DNA of 64,000 nucleotides. Origin: an uncultured Latescibacterota bacterium. GTDB lineage: Bacteria > Latescibacterota > UBA2968. The notes below the pieces were generated by a model, which was not told where the DNA came from, did no database searches, and saw only the letters and a program-made list of their open reading frames with translations. The DNA lies in assembly GCA_951812755.1 (NCBI GenBank), contig OX638329.1, positions 6,315,407-6,379,406 on the forward strand, given 5' to 3'. Below are positions 59,821 to 64,000 of this stretch, one piece after another (the stretch's first letter is position 1; the number at the start of each line of letters is the position of its first letter). Position numbers and translations under genes: made by a program.

Positions 59821-60603
59821 TTAAGTTATTGTCCTCATTACCTCAATACATTCAGCCACCTGTGCCTCTGGGGATGGAGCGTTATTTTCTTCTTCTAAAA
59901 CAAGCCAGCCAGTAAATCCCTGTAGCGCGTTTTGCAAAGCTGATAGGTCTAATACGCCCGTGCCCAATTGTGGTCGGACTGCATGGCCTGTAGCGTCTTC
60001 TGAATGGTCTGCGAGGTGGATGATGTGTAGCCTGTCTGAGAGTTCGTTCACCAATGCAATTGCGTCTTTGCCCGCCCGTATGTGGTGCCCGGTGTCAAAG
60101 GCAAATCCCACGTATGACGGATCGGTATATGCCGCCAGTTTGACCAGTCCCTCTTCCTCAGATTCCCACCAGTGGTTGTGATAGGCGAGTTGGACGCCTT
60201 TGGGCGCGCATTGTTCGCCCAGGAGGTTCAGGCCTTCTGCGGTTTTTTCCCACATTTCATCTGATACGGACCCCTTTGTTGGACGCCGCCCGCTGCAAAC
60301 GATGTACTGTCCGCCAACAGCGGATACAAAGTCGGCAATTTGACTTCCCTCAGTTCTGATTTGCTCGCGCGAGGATTCATCCCAGTGTGCGGCGCCGTAA
60401 TGCGCGCCAATCAGTTCGAGATTGGTTTCAGATAGGATGCGTTTGAATGCTTCGGGAGCTTGAAAATATCGCTCCAGATTTTTCCAATTTGCTTCCAGTC
60501 CCTTGAAACCGAGGTTTCCAATCTGGCGAACCACTGCGAGGAAGTCCGCTTCGTTGGGGTATATGCCTTTGCCATAAGATCTCGCCTGACATCCGAGGTT
60601 CAT
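59821..60603 (-). CDS. Sugar-phosphate isomerase/epimerase (IolE-like TIM barrel)
   Basis: YHNH, DTGH, IHL.D, LE motifs. Confidence 0.85.
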   Translation of the reverse strand: MNLGCQARSYGKGIYPNEADFLAVVRQIGNLGFKGLEANWKNLERYFQAPEAFKRILSETNLELIGAHYGAAHWDESSREQIRTEGSQIADFVSAVGGQYIVCSGRRPTKGSVSDEMWEKTAEGLNLLGEQCAPKGVQLAYHNHWWESEEEGLVKLAAYTDPSYVGFAFDTGHHIRAGKDAIALVNELSDRLHIIHLADHSEDATGHAVRPQLGTGVLDLSALQNALQGFTGWLVLEEENNAPSPEAQVAECIEVMRTIT

Positions 60604-60617
60604 TTTGTTTTCCTTCG

Positions 60618-61619
60618 TTAAAGCTCGACTGTGATGGCTTTTCCTTCGCGGGAAGAGAAATACGCGCCTTCGCTCACCGCCACTTGTGCGAGTCCGTCTC
60701 GCAGGCTCGCTCCGGGTGACACATCTGTTCGCCCTTCTTTCACGCATTGCGCGAAATGTGTCCACATGTCTGTCGGCGGCTGTCCCGACCCCGTCCATTC
60801 TCCTTTTTTCAGGTCAATCGGTGTTTTGTCTTCTTCAAATCCGCGATGTGTCACGTATCGGATCCGATTGCGTTCTGTTGCCGAAATATTTCCCCTCAAG
60901 CCCGCCATCTGATAGATGTTCTGCATCTGGATTCCCGCCATGCTGCCGGTCATACACACGATTTGTCCGTTTTCACATCGGGTTGTGATGTTGACAAATT
61001 CTACGGCGTCTTTGTCGGGTTTAAACAAGCCACAACGCTCGTGTCCCATCACTTCCACGGGCAAAGAGCCTGTCCACCATAAGGCGAGGTCCATGGTGTG
61101 TGACAGTGCGTCGAGGATGCCGCTGTAGTGTTCGGGGAAGAAATACTGCGGGTTAAAAAATCCGCGCTGAAGCGATACATTGGTTTGTATCAGGTCGATC
61201 TGTTCCGCCAGGGCTTTCATTTCCTGAGCAAAAGCCGTAAAGCGAGATTGATATCCCACCATCGCTACGACGTTATTTTTTTCTGCCATTTCACAAATTT
61301 CTACGCCCGATTCAATGCTGTCGCAGTATGGCTTTTCGACCAGAAATGGCTTGCCTGCCGCGGCGGCATCGCGCATAACGCCTGCATGGTGTCGCGTGTG
61401 CGTTGCAATTGCCAGGGCGTCGATATCATCCCGCGCGATGACTTCCCGATGGTCGAGTTCGTATTTTACGTTGAAATTTTCCGCCGCATTTTTGGCGCGT
61501 TCTTCATCCAGGTCGCACACGAGTGCGAGTTCGGCTTCATCGCATCCCAATAGTTCGCGTGCATGCGACGGTCCGCGTTGTCCTGTGCCAATTACTGCTA
61601 CGCGAATTTTGTTTGACAT
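60618..61619 (-). CDS. Gfo/Idh/MocA oxidoreductase
   Basis: VIGTG, VEKP, GYQSRF, D..SH. Confidence 0.9.
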   Translation of the reverse strand: MSNKIRVAVIGTGQRGPSHARELLGCDEAELALVCDLDEERAKNAAENFNVKYELDHREVIARDDIDALAIATHTRHHAGVMRDAAAAGKPFLVEKPYCDSIESGVEICEMAEKNNVVAMVGYQSRFTAFAQEMKALAEQIDLIQTNVSLQRGFFNPQYFFPEHYSGILDALSHTMDLALWWTGSLPVEVMGHERCGLFKPDKDAVEFVNITTRCENGQIVCMTGSMAGIQMQNIYQMAGLRGNISATERNRIRYVTHRGFEEDKTPIDLKKGEWTGSGQPPTDMWTHFAQCVKEGRTDVSPGASLRDGLAQVAVSEGAYFSSREGKAITVEL

Positions 61620-61789
61620 AATACGCTCCTTTTATCTGTGAACATGATTTTGGGGTAAGAAATAACGACCAATCTCTCAATCCGTCAACAAAAATAGCCC
61701 GTTCTGTCTTGACAAGTGCTCAGATGTGTCAGTACTTTTAGTTTTAACAGGTATTAAAACGCCTATTTAAAGTAGATATGGAGGATTAA

Positions 61790-62935
61790 ATGAGCGATAT
61801 AGGTGGAAAAATAGGTGCTGCACCCATTACGGCACCGGGCTGGCCCGCGAAGTCCAGGGAAGGTGTTGCGATTGTCGATTGCGATGTACACCAAAATTTT
61901 CGCCGTCCGGAAGATTTGTTACCGCATCTTTCCAAATTCTATCAGGAACATCTCTACGATCAGGGTTTGCATCTGCCCGGCGGTGGATATCCCAATATGC
62001 CCTTCCGCGCCAACCGACCAGATTTGAAAGATCCGGATCTCAAAGAGCGGGATTTCAATTTTTCCGTTGAGTTTTTGCAGAAAGAGCACCTCGACCGCTG
62101 GCATATTGATTACGCACTGTTGACGGGGCCACCGCCTTTTTACGGGTATTCGGGTTTGCCGGATCCGGATTGGGCGGCTGCGCTGTGTCGCGCGTTCAAC
62201 GATTGGACGATTGAGCACTGGCTCAGTCGCGATGGCCGTCTCGTCAATGCCATTCTGGTTTCGCCTACCGATCCCTCTCAGGCTGTCGATGAAATCAACA
62301 GGCTGGCGCATCGCAAAGATACGGTTGCGGTGATGGTGCCTATGGGCACGATGATGCCTTTTGGCAATCGCTTTTACCATCCGATATGGGAGGCGTGCGA
62401 GAATCACGGGTTGCCGGTGGTTTCTCATGTGGGTGGCGGTGGTGGGGCAACGCGGACTGTTCCGACTCCGGTGGGTTTTCCCACGTATTATATGGAGTCC
62501 AGGATGAGCCGTCCGTATATGGCGAGTACCCATGCGGCGTCGTTGATCTGTGAGGGTGTTTTTGAGAAGTTTCCAAATTTGAAGTTTGCGCTCATTGAAG
62601 CACAACAGTTTTGGGCTGTTCCGCTGATGTGGCACATGGATTCGGATTGGAAGGCTTTGCGCGACCAGACGCCGTGGCTCAAGCGGTTGCCGAGTGAGTA
62701 TTTTCGCGACCATATTCGGGTTGGCTCACAGCCTTTGCACGAGCCTGAGCGACCCGAGCAAATACACCAGATGCTGGATATGTTACACGCCGATGAGACC
62801 CTTATCTATTGTTCGGACTTTCCCCATTTTGACTGGAACGATCCCGTGACGACATTTCCCAGGCTGGCAGAGGATTTGCACCAGCGCATTTTTGTCGGTA
62901 ATGCTCTGGAGATGCTGCGTATGGAGGATGTGTAA
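61790..62935 (+). CDS. Amidohydrolase-2 family protein
   Basis: VDCDVH, GVFEKFPNLK, SDFPHFD. Confidence 0.9.
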   Translation: MSDIGGKIGAAPITAPGWPAKSREGVAIVDCDVHQNFRRPEDLLPHLSKFYQEHLYDQGLHLPGGGYPNMPFRANRPDLKDPDLKERDFNFSVEFLQKEHLDRWHIDYALLTGPPPFYGYSGLPDPDWAAALCRAFNDWTIEHWLSRDGRLVNAILVSPTDPSQAVDEINRLAHRKDTVAVMVPMGTMMPFGNRFYHPIWEACENHGLPVVSHVGGGGGATRTVPTPVGFPTYYMESRMSRPYMASTHAASLICEGVFEKFPNLKFALIEAQQFWAVPLMWHMDSDWKALRDQTPWLKRLPSEYFRDHIRVGSQPLHEPERPEQIHQMLDMLHADETLIYCSDFPHFDWNDPVTTFPRLAEDLHQRIFVGNALEMLRMEDV

Positions 62936-63313
62936 ATGGCGCGCATCACAGTTGCCAGGGTCTCGGAGATACCGCCCGGGCAGCGCAAAATTGTGGTGCC
63001 ATTTCGCGGGCGCGCCGGGATTGGCATTTTTAATGTCGGGGGGTCGTTTTACGCGGTTCGCAATATCTGTCCGCACAAGAATGGTCCGCTTTGTACCGGG
63101 ACACTCGGCGGTCGGGTGACGACTCAGGTGCCGCCTTCCACGCGGGGAGGCGAAATTTCTATTGATGGCGATGGCGAGATTTTGCACTGCCCATGGCATC
63201 AGTGGTCTTTTGAAATTTCAACAGGACGCTGTCTGGTGGATCCCGAGGTGTATGTCAAGACTTACGCGGTAGAAATTGACGGCGATGATGTTGTCGTCAC
63301 TTATGAGGACTAA
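62936..63313 (+). CDS. Rieske [2Fe-2S] ferredoxin
   Basis: CPH..CPWH. Confidence 0.92.
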   Translation: MARITVARVSEIPPGQRKIVVPFRGRAGIGIFNVGGSFYAVRNICPHKNGPLCTGTLGGRVTTQVPPSTRGGEISIDGDGEILHCPWHQWSFEISTGRCLVDPEVYVKTYAVEIDGDDVVVTYED

Positions 63314-63682
63314 GAGACTGTTTTAAAACTCATTTTGCCCCTTCTCGGCGACGCGCTATTGCCCTGTCATTCTGAGCGGAGCGCAGCGGAGTCGAAGGAG
63401 TGGGGTATAACTGCGTAGCAGTTCATCTCTTACCAACTCAGGTGGAAAAGATGCTTCGGCTACGCTCAGCATGACAAAACGCCGGACATGCGTAACATCA
63501 GGTATTAAGTGACGTTACGCATAGGCACAATATAATGCGATAATGCGCCTGTCATTCTGAGCGTAGCGCAGCGGAGTCGAAGAATCTTCTACCAACTCAG
63601 GTGGAAAAGATGCTTCGGCTACGCTCAGCATGACAAAAACGCAGACATGCGTAACATCAGGTATTAATTTTAAAACAGCTTC
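63314..63682 (-). mobile_element. MITE family A copy 6 with internal duplication/nested element, TAA duplication at Rieske stop
   Basis: TAA at 63311-13 and 63683-85. Confidence 0.88.
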
Positions 63683-63696
63683 TAAGGAGAAATAAA

Positions 63697-64000
63697 ATGG
63701 AAATTAAATCAGAGGGCGCTTATGTCCGAGAGGGCGAGGAGATGGCGTTCGCGCTTGGGAATCGCGGTGCTATCCGATTTAATGTGGATGGTACGCTGGA
63801 TGAGGATATTGTAGAGGCGTATTGTCGCGTGGGTTTTTATGTGTTTGAGGGTGCGCTGGGCGATGAGGAACTCGAAGATTTGCAGGCGGATCTGGCGCAT
63901 GCATTTGAGCGGGCGCCGCATACTAAAGATGCGGTGGTCGATTCGAAGGGCCGCAAAGCGCTCGGGGCGGATTTGGTGCGACAGCCGTTTCGCTTTGTCA
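63697..64000 (+). CDS. Phytanoyl-CoA dioxygenase (PhyH)-like protein, 3' truncated by window
   Basis: RBS AAGGAG; translated by hand MEIKSE..LGNRG.IRF..EAY.RVGFYVFE, open to end. Confidence 0.7.
   Translation, partial: MEIKSEGAYVREGEEMAFALGNRGAIRFNVDGTLDEDIVEAYCRVGFYVFEGALGDEELEDLQADLAHAFERAPHTKDAVVDSKGRKALGADLVRQPFRFV

Overview
Bacterial window of mostly ~50-55% GC (by eye) with several AT-rich islets. Gene content (FlgD-Ig-tailed secreted giants, LRR, SRCR and Calx-beta domains, sulfatases, PhyH) suggests a sponge-symbiont or Latescibacterota/Poribacteria-like organism (inference). (1) 1-14.2 kb holds four large modular secreted proteins built from shuffled modules: Calx-beta-like repeats, SRCR, VLR-like LRRs, poly-Pro linkers, a shared FN3-cohesin-dockerin-cadherin tail and FlgD-Ig tails. 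(2) 18.1-26.4 kb is an AT-rich island with two copies of a sigma54 promoter/enhancer module. It encodes an atypical response regulator, TPR, CPBP protease, GNAT, an S8 peptidase::ABC exporter chimera, three CxxC-x19/20-CxxC membrane paralogs and a small peptide gene split by a MITE. Removing the MITE in silico restores a 66-aa precursor-like peptide, the best candidate for an undescribed (probably decaying) RiPP/peptide-export system. (3) The rest is housekeeping and catabolic genes (icd, pckA, proA, mmsA, PurO-like, M16 protease, sulfatases, dehalogenases) interspersed with toxin-antitoxin islets (one with a GvpU/Sm-like third gene), an IS630 inside a LacI pseudogene, at least two MITE families with clear target duplications and a 36-bp hairpin micro-element. 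No rRNA, tRNA or CRISPR array was recognised. All domain calls are from motif recognition by eye, not database searches.
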